A stretch of DNA of 64,000 nt from Malacoraja senta (Eukaryota). Every line of letters starts with the position of its first letter. Positions within the stretch are counted from its first letter, which is position 1. Made by a program: the position numbers and the translations under genes. The notes under the pieces were generated by a model. It was given only the letters and a program-made list of their open reading frames with translations. It did not search any database and was not told the DNA's origin. Below, one piece after another: positions 39,290 to 50,580 of the stretch. The DNA lies in contig CM075989.1 in NCBI GenBank assembly GCA_038087875.1, positions 11,904,001 to 11,968,000 on the forward strand, written 5' to 3'.

Positions 39290-39920
39290 ATGTGACATTT
39301 AAGAGGCTTTTAGGATAGGCACATGGATATGCAGAGAATGGAGGGATATATATTATGTGCAGGCAAAAGAGATTAGTTTATCTTGGCTTCATGCTTGGCA
39401 TAGACATTATGGACCAAAGGGCTTGTTCCTGTGCTGTACTGTTCTATATTCTAACTATCACCCCCTCCAATTTTTCTACCAACTACACCAGGGATAAGTT
39501 ACAATGGCCAATTAACCCACCAACTGGCACACCTTTGGGGGTGGGAGGAAAGCAGAATGCTCAGGGAAGTCCACTAAATCACAGGGAGGACATGCAGATG
39601 GCAGCTGAGGTCAGAATCGAATTCACGTCACTGGAGCTCAAAATAAAAGGACAAAACTTTAGAAAGATGAGGAGGAATTTCTTCAGTCAGAGGGTAGTGA
39701 ATCTGAGGAATTCATTGCCACAGACAGCTGTGGAGGGCAAGTTATTGGGTATTTTTAAAGTGGAGATTGACAGATTCTTGATTAGTAAGGGTGTCAAAGG
39801 TTATGGGGAGAAAGCAGGAGAATTATGTTGAGAGGGAAAGATAGATCAGCCATGATGGAATGGCAGAGTAAAGTTGATGGGCCGAATGGCCTAAATATGC
39901 TCCAAAGACTTATGAATTTA
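39290..39920. mobile_element. Nested cluster: CR1 3' end (+), V-SINE fragment (-), CR1 3' end (+)
   Basis: RRNFFSQRVVNLRNSLPQTAVEG...FKVEIDRFLISKGVKGYGEKAG is a CR1 C-terminus; SINE-like sequence at 39460-39640. Confidence 0.75.
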
Positions 39921-41169
39921 TGGAGTTGCGAGGCAACTGCACTCTCCGCTAACCCCATGGTACAGGATTGCTAATGATTTTGTGTTCACCGTGAGTGAAG
40001 GAGAGGAGGAAGGATATGTCTGCTCATTATTCTTTGACCATCGTGGGATCTACGCTTGTTTTCATGGATGGTTTGATCTTTCCCTACCCTGTTGCTGTAT
40101 ATTGGGATGTTAATCACAGGTTATAATAACTATCTGAGATTCAATAAGCCAGTTAGTTGGAAATGTGTAATTTTCTGCGTTTAGTGTTTTGAACAATTAT
40201 GAAATTACTGTCATTGTAAAATAGAGCTAATTGTTAATAGCAAAGTATGTATTCATTTTAACTGCAATGATGAGAGTCAAACACTTTTCGCACCAAGTTA
40301 CAGGTCAGTGAGGATGTTTTTTCACAGCCCTTTGAAAAATGATTTGGCTGAATATTTAGGATTGTAGATTCCAAGGGAAATTATTTATATAAATAATTTA
40401 AAAGATTGTACAGTGAGAAGCCCAGCAGCATTATTTCTTTCACTTTTCCTATTGGATGGCCAGATTCGATGAACAGTCCCAACTGACCACGTTTTCATAC
40501 ATTTTCCAACAGAGAAGGAGGCCATTCAACCCATCGAGAATACAGGCTAAGGGATATCCCAACAGTCCCAGTCCTCCTTTAATTTCCAAATAACCTATTC
40601 TGTCTCAACTGCACTTTTTGCACCGCCCTCCTCTACTTCCCCTTCCAATTCTCCCACCACCCATTTGCAGAAATTGACAGGATGTGCAGGCAAACTGGAG
40701 CATGTATGTGTGGAAACCCCATGCAGTCATAGGGAGAACGTGCAAACTCTGCACGGACGGCACCAGACGTTAGAATCAAACCTGGATCACTGAAGCTGTG
40801 AAACAGCTGCACTGCCCACTGCCCACTGCATTTATTGCGGTACATAAATATGTTTAGCCCTCTTTAATTGAGATAAACAGATTACCCTAGTGTTATGGGT
40901 AAAGGGGTGATGAATAAAGAGTGAAACATTGTTTACCTGATGCAGTTAGTGAGGTTGCTGTTTTCCATCCCACGATATGTGGTCGCACCCAAATAATTCA
41001 CTGTGTGGGGTGGGGTGGGGGGTGGGGTAGTGCGGTAAAGTGTTATACATATGATGAAATGTGAAGGGACATTAGAAAAAGGCACCAAAATGCAATGTTG
41101 CGGAGGAACTCGGCAGATCATTTCCTCTAACACTTTGTGTTTTGATCAAGATTTCAGCATCTGCAGTTT

Positions 41170-41475
41170 AGTTTAGTTTTAGAAATACAGTGTGGAAACA
41201 GGCCCTTCACCCCACCGAGACCACGCTGACCAGTGATCACCTGTGTATACTAGTTCTCTACCTACACACAAGCGACAATTTACAGAAACCAATTATCTTA
41301 CTAACCTCCACATCTTTGGAATGTGGGAGTAAACTGAAGCACCTGGACCGAACCCACGCAGTCACAGGGAGAAGGTACAAACTCTGTACAGATAACACTT
41401 GTAGTCAGGATCGAACCCGGGTCTCTGTTGCTGTGAGGCTAGCCGCTCCACCGGCTGTGCCACTGTGCCGCGCCA
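41170..41475 (-). mobile_element. tRNA-derived V-SINE (HE1-like)
   Basis: gcggcacagtggcacagccggtggagc...gacccgggttcgatcctgac (B box)...gtacagagtttgtacc; tail (ctaaa)n. Another copy lies at ~40560-40830. Confidence 0.8.
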
Positions 41476-44031
41476 TTCTTTATTATGTCTCCATTAGAAA
41501 ACGTCATGCCTTTCTTTCTGATCATTATCCTGTATTAAAAAGAAAGAAAGATTTAGAATTTTACACATCTCAAGGTGCCTCACAGCCGATGGTGTTTCAG
41601 ACGTGTGGTTACTGTTGTAACCATGTACTAATGTAAAATATCGGCTTTGTGCTGATATTTGAAGACTGATAGTTGAGGACTGAAGCCCACAACTTCAGCC
41701 TCAGATGCCAATATGTTACCAACTGAGCCATTGCCATAACTGGAAGTATTGGGAACAATCACTCCACTAGCTATGATAATATTCCATGCAGATTTAACAC
41801 AAGATGTGGTGGGCCAGTCAGTGAGCAGTGTGGAGTCGTCCCAAATGAAACAAATGCTGACGACATTCTGACTGTTTCACATCTTCCAGCAGGAATAGAC
41901 CCTCAATTCATTCACTCAATCAAAGGAACAGGAGCGAGCATTGCAGATCAACCTTCACTCTCAGCACTCCTGAACTTCCCTGATCTCATTCCTCTTGCTA
42001 TTTGTTTTCCTTTCTCTCTCCTCACACTAACGCGACAGAAGAGAGCCAGTCCTTCTGCCACTTTCCCCATTCAGTGGTGCCCCACAAGGCATGTCGATCT
42101 TATGTTCCCCTCTCACCCCATCCCCACTCCGCATCTCCCAATGTACCTTGTTGTAACTCTTGCACTTTTTTATTTGCACATTCTCTGCAGCTGTAACACT
42201 ATATATTCTGCACTCTTTCCTTCTCTCTATTTGCACTACCTGTATACTCGTGTATGATATTATTGCATACATGTATGGTATGATTCAACTGGATAACACT
42301 CAAAACAATGTTTTTCACTATATCTTGGTACATATCACAATAATAATAATCCAATATCAACCGTATATCCACTTCAATAATCAATTCAATTATTAAAATT
42401 AAAAATTGTTTCCTGGAATACTTCTTGGTTGATGCATATCCCACACCCATTGCCCCAGTCACTGTCAGAGTTCTAATCTCACCAAACCGACTACAATTCC
42501 CATCACATATGTTAAAGCTAACTTATTTTTTGTGGAAATATATTCAAAACAATGCTGAGGTGTGATATTATTTGCTGATAATGTTGAAACGGTTGTAACG
42601 ATGGTCTTGCTGTAGAATTCTGGAGAGATTACTGGGCTCGGGTCAGCAGCACTGTGTACTCAATGTTTATATCCATTCTACTATAAATTGAAAAAATAAA
42701 CAAAGCATAATTTCAATGAGAATGAGATTGGAATTGCATCTGATATAATCCCCTCAGGACAAATGCAAATGGACACAGAGTTGCGTAATAATTATAATCA
42801 GCTTTTGTTATGGTAGGTTATGTGGTGAAATAGACTTTGCAGCTTCAGCTTATGGCATGTTAAAGATTTTAAAGTGGCAGCACGATTCCAGATCAAACCC
42901 ATCCTAATGTGACCACGTCCCCGAGGCCATCAGTAATTAGAAAATATGCTGGAAATACTCAGCAAGTCAGGCAGCATCTGCGGAGAGCGAAACAGAATTT
43001 TTGGTTTTTATTTCTGAATTCTGGGCTCCACTTTTTTTACTGTTAGCTATCTGTTTTTAAAGCACTGACTGTGCAGAAGCATGGCTTAGTGGTTTAACCT
43101 AACCCTGACAGAAAATTGTAGCCTCTAGATTTATTCTGATCCTGCCCACTGAACAATGGGCATGTAGAGAGACATGGAATTGCAGATGCTGGTTTCCACA
43201 AAAGGATACAAAGTGCTGGAGTAACTCAGCGGGTCAGGCAGCATCTCTGGCATACATGTGATTGGCTGGAATTGCCACAGAAGTCTCAGGGCAGGGATAG
43301 GAGAGCATTTAAAAACAAAACTGGATCCGCGTATTTGTACGTAAAAGATTAGATTTCAATAGCATGGAAGATTTCAATAGCTTAAAACTTCCTCGAATCC
43401 TGGGTTAGACCCCAGCTGGAATGTTGACACCACTTTAGGCCCACATTTCAAAAGATATCAAGGCATTGGAGTGAGTGCAGAGATTTAGCAGATTGGTCCT
43501 GAACATAAAAAAACTGCCGGTAAATGGAGAGATTGCAGAAGGGGAAATTTATTTTTCTTAAATCAGTGAGGATCAGATAGGAAAGTGTTGAGAGCGAAAC
43601 ACCAATGAAGAAGGAGAAGCTTTATGCAGGTGCATGGACTGTGTGGCTATCTTTTGTACTCTATCATTCGATGACCCTACAGCATTATTTGGGCCTGAAT
43701 GCAATTTAACCCAATGATCAAGGGTAATAAGTTCTACTTATTGTCCTGATTACACCATTTAGCAGAAAATAAGTCTCTGCCAGACTGAGTTGGATTGGAA
43801 ATCTGCTTCACGTATTGAAAGGGCAGCATTCTGAATCAGTTCACGCTGCCATCTGACAGACTCTGGGAGCTGTAGGCTTTTAGTAACCTGTTCTTCTAGA
43901 ACTGTTTTCTAAGCTCATATTTATCAATGTGCATGACTTGAAATTTCAGATTTAGATTTATTATTGTCACGTGAACCAAGGTACAGTGAAAAGCTTTGCT
44001 TTTCATGCTATCCAATTAGATCAGATAATAC

Positions 44032-46232
44032 TCTTCTTAAAAGTATTATCAGATAAGAGCACTTCTTCCGTTGCCTCCGTGCCTTTTTCTATGGGAAGGA
44101 GTCCTCATCACCTAGTGATGACCCCTTCTCCCGCATCAACTGGACCCCCTCCTCGGACTCCCCGGATGGGCCTCTACCTTCTATAGACCTTTTCATTTGC
44201 AACTGCCGGCGTGACATCAACTGTCTCAACATTTCCACTCCCCTTACCTACTCTAATCTCCCCCCCCCCGACCCCCGAACGTACAGCCCTCTGCACACTC
44301 TGCAGCAACCTCGACTTGATAATCAAACCCGCCGACAAGGGAGGCGCCGTGGTAGTCTGGCGCGCTGACCTCTACCAGCTCAGGCCAGGAGACAACTCTC
44401 AGACACCTTCTCCTACTTATCCTTGGACCATGACCCCACAGACGAGCACCAGACCTTAATATCACACACCATTTCTGATTTCATCACTTCCAGCTCTCTG
44501 CCCTCTAAAGCCTCCAACCTTATAATTCCCCAGCCCCACACAGCCCGATTTTATCTTCCTGGCAGACCCATTGTTTCTGCTTGTTGAGGTCCCGCCGAAT
44601 TAATTTCCGCATACCTCGACTCCATCCTATCCCCCCCTGGACCATTCCCTCCCTACCTATGTCCAAGTCTCTTCAACGACTTCTGTTTTCCAGGTCCTCA
44701 CTCCCTAATCTTTACCATGGATGTCCAGTCACTGTACACCTCCATCCCCCACCGGGAAGGTCTTAAAGCCCTCATTTTCTTCCTTGACCGCAGAACCAGT
44801 CAATTTCCGTCTACCAATACTCTCCTCCGCCTGGTCCTTACCCTCAACCACTTCTCCTTCGACCACCCATTTCCTCCTAATCCAAGGCGTGGTTATGGGC
44901 ACTCGCATGGGCCCCAGCTATGCCTGCCTCATTGTTGGGTAGGTCGAACAATCACTGTTCCAGGCGTACACTGGTCCTATCCTCGAACTCTACCTCCGCT
45001 ACATTGACGACTGCATCGGTGCTGCCTCCTGCACCCATGCAGAACTCACTTGAAGAACTGACTTCTTCAACTTCACGACTAATTTCCATCCTTCACTCAA
45101 ATTCACGGACCATCTCTGATATCTCCCTACCGTTTCTGGATCTCACCGTCTCCATCACAGGAGACAGACTATTGACCGACATCTGCAGTACTACAAACCT
45201 ACTGACTCTCATAGCTATCTTGACTACACTTCTTCCCACCCTGCTTCCTGTAAAGACTCCATCCCCTACTCCCAATTCCTCCATCTATGCCGCATCTGCG
45301 CCCAGGATGAGGTTTTCCATACTGGGTCATCGGAGACGTCATTCTTTAGGAAACGGGGGTTCCCTTCTTCCATTGTAGATGAGGCTCTCTCTTGGGTCTC
45401 CTCGATATCCCGCAGCTCTGCTCTTGCTTCCTCTCCCTCCATTCGCAACAAGGACAGAGTCCCCCTCATCTTCCACCCCATCAGCCGTCTCATACAGCAT
45501 ATAATCCTCCAACACTTTCGCCACCTCCAACGGGATCCCACTACTGGCCACATCTTCCCATCACCCATTTCTGCTTTCTGCAGAGTCCCTTCCCTCCGCA
45601 ACTCCCTGGTCAACTCGTTCCTTCCCACCCAAACCACCCCCTCCCCAGGTACTTTGCCTTGTAACTGCAGGAGATGCAACACCTGTCCCTTTATCTCCCC
45701 CCTCGACTCCATCCAAGGACCCCAACAGTCTTTTTAGGTGAGGCAGAGGTTCACTTGCACCTCCTCCAACCTCATCTACTGTATCCGCTGTTCCTGGTGT
45801 CAACTTCTGTACATCAGCGAGACCAAGCTCAGGCTCGGTGATTGTTTCACTGAACACCTCCGCTCAGTCTGCCTTAATCTACCTGATCTCCCGGTTGCTC
45901 AGCACTTTAACTCCCCCTCCCATTCTGATCTTCCTGTCCTGGGCCTCCTCCATTGTCGGAGTGAGGCCCAGCGCAAATTGGAGGAACAGCACCTCATATT
46001 TTGCTTGGGTGAACATTGACTTCTCTAACTTCAAATAACCCTTGCTTTCCCTCTCTCTCCATCCCTTCCACCTTCCCAGTTCTCCCACTATACTTACTGT
46101 CTCCGACTACATTCTAACTCTGTCCTACCCACTCCCCTGACATCCTTCTCCCCAGAGATGCTGCCTGTCCTGCTGAGTTACTCCAGCATTTTGTGTCTAC
46201 CTCTGATTTAAACCAACATCTGCAGTTCTATC
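44032..46232 (+). mobile_element. Decayed Penelope-like retroelement (RT + GIY-YIG endonuclease), 5'-truncated
   Basis: Frameshifted motifs IIKPADKGGAVVVW (~44320), GRPIVSAC (~44561), FTMDVQSLYTSIPH (~44711), QGVVMGTRMGPSYA (~44883), LYLRYIDD (~44990), Cys-rich linker CNCRRCNTC (~45660) and GIY-YIG FTCTSSNLIYCIRCSWCQLLYISET (45750+). The 3' end matches the short dispersed repeats. Boundaries approximate. Confidence 0.92.
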
Positions 46233-47609
46233 CTATTCGGGTAATACCATACATGAATACAATCAAGTCAAACTATAAGTATAATAGGTAGAGCAAAGGG
46301 GAAGATACACAATGCAGAATATCGTTCTCAGCATTCTAGCGCTCACAGTTCCATGGACAAAGTCGGCAATGGGGTAGAATTGAGTTGGACGGTGCCATAG
46401 CTTATGCAAGGATTGTTCAGAAGCCTGATAACAGAAGAGAAGAGAAGCTAGTGGTGTGTGCTATCTTTTGCGTGACGGGAGTAGGGAGAAGTAGGAATCA
46501 CTGGGTGGGGCAAGTCTTTAATTGGCTGCTTTACCGAGGCAGCATGCACTGCAGATGGAGTCAATGGCGACGAGTCTGGTCTGTGTGATGGATTGAGCTA
46601 CATCTATAACTCTCTGCAATTTCTTGCATTTTGGGGCAGAGCTGTTCCCAAACCAAGCTGTGATGCAAGCCGAGTATATTTTCTATGGTGCATCTGAATA
46701 AGTTTGTAAGAATCATTGGAGACGTGCCAAATTTCCTCAGTGTTCCAGGGAAGTAGAGGCATTGATGTGCCTTCTTGGTTGATGCATTAATGTTGTTGGT
46801 CCATGACAGATTGTTGGTAATATTTATGCCTAGATACTTGAAGATCTCAACTATTATGATTAAGTATTTGAAATTTATATTTCCAAAATGACTCTGGTAT
46901 AAATCTGCAAATGCAAATTAGGAGACATTATGGAATGGAATACTTTATTGTCACTTGTGACGAGGCACAGTGAAATTCTTTACTTTCATACCCAAGGTAT
47001 GCAAGTATCAGCCACCTACGGCGCTTACAAAGTACGCTGGCTCTTCCTCTGTTCTCCCCCCCCCACGGCGGGTCCCCATTGTCCATTGTTTTTCCTGCCC
47101 CCCCCCCCCCATCACGGCGGTCCCCCCACGCTCGAAGTATTAAAGTGATAAACAATTTTTTCTGAAGAAATGATGCAGCTGAGATGTGTGTGTAAAGCCG
47201 CGAACTCACAGGAGGGGCGAGCTGCGGTTGTTCCCATGAATATGGAAACGGGGTCATTTGAAAACTTGTGCATTTATTGAGTGACCTTGACATCCTCGGG
47301 ACAGCCCAATACATTGCACACGTATTGAGTGTTCGTTTGTGCTGTTGTCACTATTGTGGTCACGCAAACGCAGCAACCAACGCACAAACAGTTAGTTCCT
47401 AAAAACTGTGCTATGATATTGACAGATGCCTTGTCGTAACAATCGTAGACAAGAGATACAGAGAATTATTTCTGTTCACCCGCGATTAAATGGGATTTGG
47501 CTTTCATGTCTTTATAGAAAGTACTTCCTCATTCCAAGAGTGGGAGCAGTGTTCCATGTGGAACCAGTCAAATGACATTCCTTTCTACAAGTAACGTCCA
47601 TTAAACTTC

Positions 47610-47793
47610 TTTAAGAAGGAACTGCAGATGCTGGAAAATCGAAGGTAGACAAAAGTGCTGGAGAAACTCAGCGGGTGGGGCAGCATCTATGGAGTGAAGG
47701 AAATAGGCAACGTTTCAGGTCGAAACGTTGCCTATTTCCTTCTCCCCATAGATGCTGCCTCACCCGCTGAGTTTCTCCAGCATTTTTGTTTAC
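47610..47793. mobile_element. Penelope-terminus-derived inverted-repeat element
   Basis: Same family as 37814-37997; perfect 15-bp TSD cgtccattaaacttc (47595-47609 / 47794-47808). Confidence 0.9.
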
Positions 47794-48259
47794 CGTCCAT
47801 TAAACTTCAACTCCTGAGCTATTCTTGGCCTGTCCCTACCCCAATCGCTCATCAGGGATCGAACCTTGTGTGCTCTCTAGCAAGGAATCTAAACCAGGTG
47901 CTGTCCAGCGTTGTGTGATAGCTGGATAGGGAAAGCAGCATAGGGAAAGCAGGATTCACGATGAGTTTTCATTGCAGCATCCATTCCAGGTCCCAGTGAT
48001 TGAATTCACCACACATTGAACAGCAATGAATAGTTACGATTTTGCCAACATGGATCTGATGAGCAAGGAGGCAAACGGGTCTGAGGATGAACTGGAATCA
48101 TCAAACCCACAGGCTGGCCTGTGGAACCACTATATTACGCAAACTCTCAATGCTTAAATATGAAACTTAACAGCTGCAATAATAAATTGTTAACACATCT
48201 AGCCTCATTCCCTTACATTCTTACAACCTACCTAATGTCCCCACTACTTTATGCCATTT

Positions 48260-48490
48260 CCATGACTAAGAGCACTCGGAGTGGAAGGCGCCAACACTTC
48301 TGAGTCTCTCCCATGCCATGGCCATATGCCTATAATGGAAGGAGCATGCCAAATCCCAAAAGACCCACCCCTCTTCTCACCAAGCACCACCTGTCTCATC
48401 TGTGGCAGAAACTGCAGACATTGCTGGGCACCTCAGAACCCATGGAACTGGAAACAAATCATCCTCAAACTCGAGGGACCATCTAAGTAG
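48260..48490 (+). mobile_element. RTE-clade LINE 3' remnant
   Basis: TTCLICGRNC...HLRTH-like C2H2 knuckle (cacctcagaacccat) followed by a short 3'UTR atcatcctc...gaggga; resembles RTE/BovB-like C-termini. Confidence 0.5.
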
Positions 48491-48546
48491 ACAACGGGCT
48501 CAAAACCATGGGCCTGGCCTTGAATCAGAGCACTCTCTCTTGGTAT

Positions 48547-49157
48547 CAGGGCTTTGGAGTCGTTGAGTCGGAGTCAGAGAAATTTTGGTGCTGCTTGAGT
48601 CGGAGTCAGAGTTGGTAAAAAAAAAGTCCCAACTCCGACCTCAACATAAATTTCAGAGACTACGTAAATCAGAGACAACGTAAACCGGAAAAAATCCCAC
48701 TTAACTACCTATGCATTTAGTTTTAATTTCTTTTGCACTTGAGAATTTCTTTTTGTCATAATTTAGCCAATTAGCTCATACCTGTGGCCTTCGTTTAATA
48801 AATTTTGGAGTAAAGCTTTATAATTTTTATTTAATTCAATGGTATTTTAAATTTTTTCATAGTCCTATATGTTTTTTTTTTTATTTTAGCATAATGAATA
48901 ATTTTTTTCAAGAATAAACAATAAAAAAGCTACAATAGCATAGCTACAACCATTACTCAAAACTTTAAGGACATGGGTTTAAAAGGTAGCCTGATGATTC
49001 ATGTAGTTCTTATGAAATGCCATCCTGTGTAATGTCATCATAGCAGATTTAGAATTATTATAGCTAGGGGTCAGAGTCGGAGTCAGAGTCAGAGTTGGAT
49101 ACACAAGAAATCAAGGAGTCGGAGTCAGGTGTTTTGGGTATCGACTCCACAGCCCTG
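48547..49157. mobile_element. Non-autonomous hAT DNA transposon (MITE-like)
   Basis: TIRs CAGGGCTTTGGAGTCG / CGACTCCACAGCCCTG (15/16); perfect 8-bp TSD CTTGGTAT (48539-48546 / 49158-49165); subterminal GAGTCG/GAGTCA hexamer repeats; AT-rich interior with no ORF. Confidence 0.92.
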
Positions 49158-49619
49158 CTTGGTATAGAGGTACCCTCCAGTATCATCTCTTTTTCTACAA
49201 GAATGTGAGGCAGGGTATGGGAAGCTGTGGTAGGCAGATGATTATTGAGTTGATTTATGTTGGCTGCTCTGTGCCCAAGTCACTTTTAAGGTAGCTACTG
49301 TCCAACAACTCAGCTACCAGTTGGAGTTCCCACCCTTGGGACAGATAGAGGAGAAAGATTTGAAGTGCAACCTGTGGCACTGAAAGAGGCTCTTCAAAAG
49401 TTTTCCAATCACTCCCACGGCCCTGGTCTTCCCCAGAAACCCTGCACCTTTTTCCTGGGTTTAATTTCAACTCAATTCTTGGCCTCGAAAGGCTGGTTAT
49501 CTGATTATCCTGCAACCAATGAAAGATAAAGGGACGTGCAAAACACAAGTGCTGGAGCAACTCAGTGGGTCAAGCAGCATCCATGGAGGAAATGGATAGG
49601 CAATATTTCAGTCAGTCCT

Positions 49620-49761
49620 TCTTCTTCTTCTTGCATATGGCGTGCACGGCCTAAAGTTGTAGGACAACTTGTTCTATTTGATCTTATTTGATTGTGCATG
49701 CCAGGTTGATTGCATTCGTCGAAACAGGGCGGACCACGTGAAGGTTGCATTCTTCCACCCC
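49620..49761 (-). mobile_element. Short non-autonomous retroelement (SINE-like) with 5' HDV-like ribozyme and (GAA)n tail
   Basis: Interrupts a Penelope-derived inverted repeat. Flanked by an imperfect 12-bp direct repeat, tcagtcagtcct (49608-49619) / tcagtgagttct (49762-49773). Minus-strand 3' end is GCAAGAAGAAGAAGA; no obvious tRNA A/B boxes. Confidence 0.8.
49708..49761 (-). ncRNA. Minimal HDV-like (CPEB3-type) self-cleaving ribozyme fold, 54 nt
   Basis: GGGGTGG(P1) AA GAATGCA(P2) ACC(P3) TTCACGT(L3) GGT(P3') CCGCCCT(P1', G1-U wobble) GTTTCGA(vestigial P4) CGAA(J4/2, catalytic C at 49718) TGCAATC(P2'). One A-A mismatch in P2. Confidence 0.82.
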
Positions 49762-50317
49762 TCAGTGAGTTCTGACCCAAAACCCTCACTTATCCATTCT
49801 CTCCATAGATGCTGCCTGACGCACTGAGTTACTCCAACACTTTGTGTTTGCTCAAGATTCCAGCATCTGACGTTCCTTGAATTTCGATTGGGCTGTTTCC
49901 ACCGTTTGGCTGTCCCAAAGTTCTTTACTGTTAATGAAGCATTGATATTGCTTTAATGTAGTCACATGCACTGGGATATAGTGAAAAACTGTAAAGTATA
50001 TTTGAAGTGTTGTCATTGTTCGAACATAACAGCCCATCTGCACACATTGAGATCCTACACGCTGTAATGTGACAATGATTATCATTGGCGATGGATGGAT
50101 ATATGGGCCCAGGTACACATGTAGAAACCCGCTGACCTTCTTTGAAATTGAACGTTGGTATTTTATAAACCCAGTGGAGTGGGCAGTAACCGTTGAGCGG
50201 AGAAAATGTTTAGGATAAACCTTCATCCGTATCCAAAGTTTTCAATAGTTTGCAGGAGAGGTGCTCTGAAAGCGAATGCATCAAGGGCTTTATCACTAAG
50301 GTATGAAACTAAACAAT

Positions 50318-50580
50318 GGGAGAGGAGGAAGGAACGACAGGGAGTAGCCAAGAGAGAAGAGAGCATTGCGAGAAGGGAGAGGAGGGATGGAGAGGGGAGA
50401 AGAGAAGTAAGGTTAGAAGTGGGAAAAGGGATGAGAGGATGAGAAGAACAACAGAGGACGGAGGAGGGTGGAGGAGAGAAAGGGAGGAGGGAGGAGTAAA
50501 GGGAATAAAGAAGCAGGGAGAGGGAGGTAGGAGGGAGAGAGGAGGTAGGAGAGTACCTTGGAAGAGATATCAGGGAGAGT
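50318..50580 (+). repeat. GA-rich polypurine low-complexity tract
   Basis: Runs of ggag/gaga; explains several spurious ORFs. Confidence 0.9.

Larger units (their letters stand above)
49538..49878. mobile_element. Older Penelope-derived inverted repeat, split by the HDV-ribozyme SINE
   Basis: Left arm aacacaagtgctggagcaactcagtgggtcaagcagcatccatggag; right arm ctccatagatgctgcctgacgcactgagttactccaacactttgtgtt plus tail. Confidence 0.8.

Noticed and set aside
39355-39831. 158-aa ORF
   Set aside because: Chimeric read-through of adjacent CR1 and SINE fragments.
41380-41475. tRNA gene (B-box-like gggttcgatcc on the minus strand)
   Set aside because: No cloverleaf; it is the tRNA-derived head of a V-SINE.
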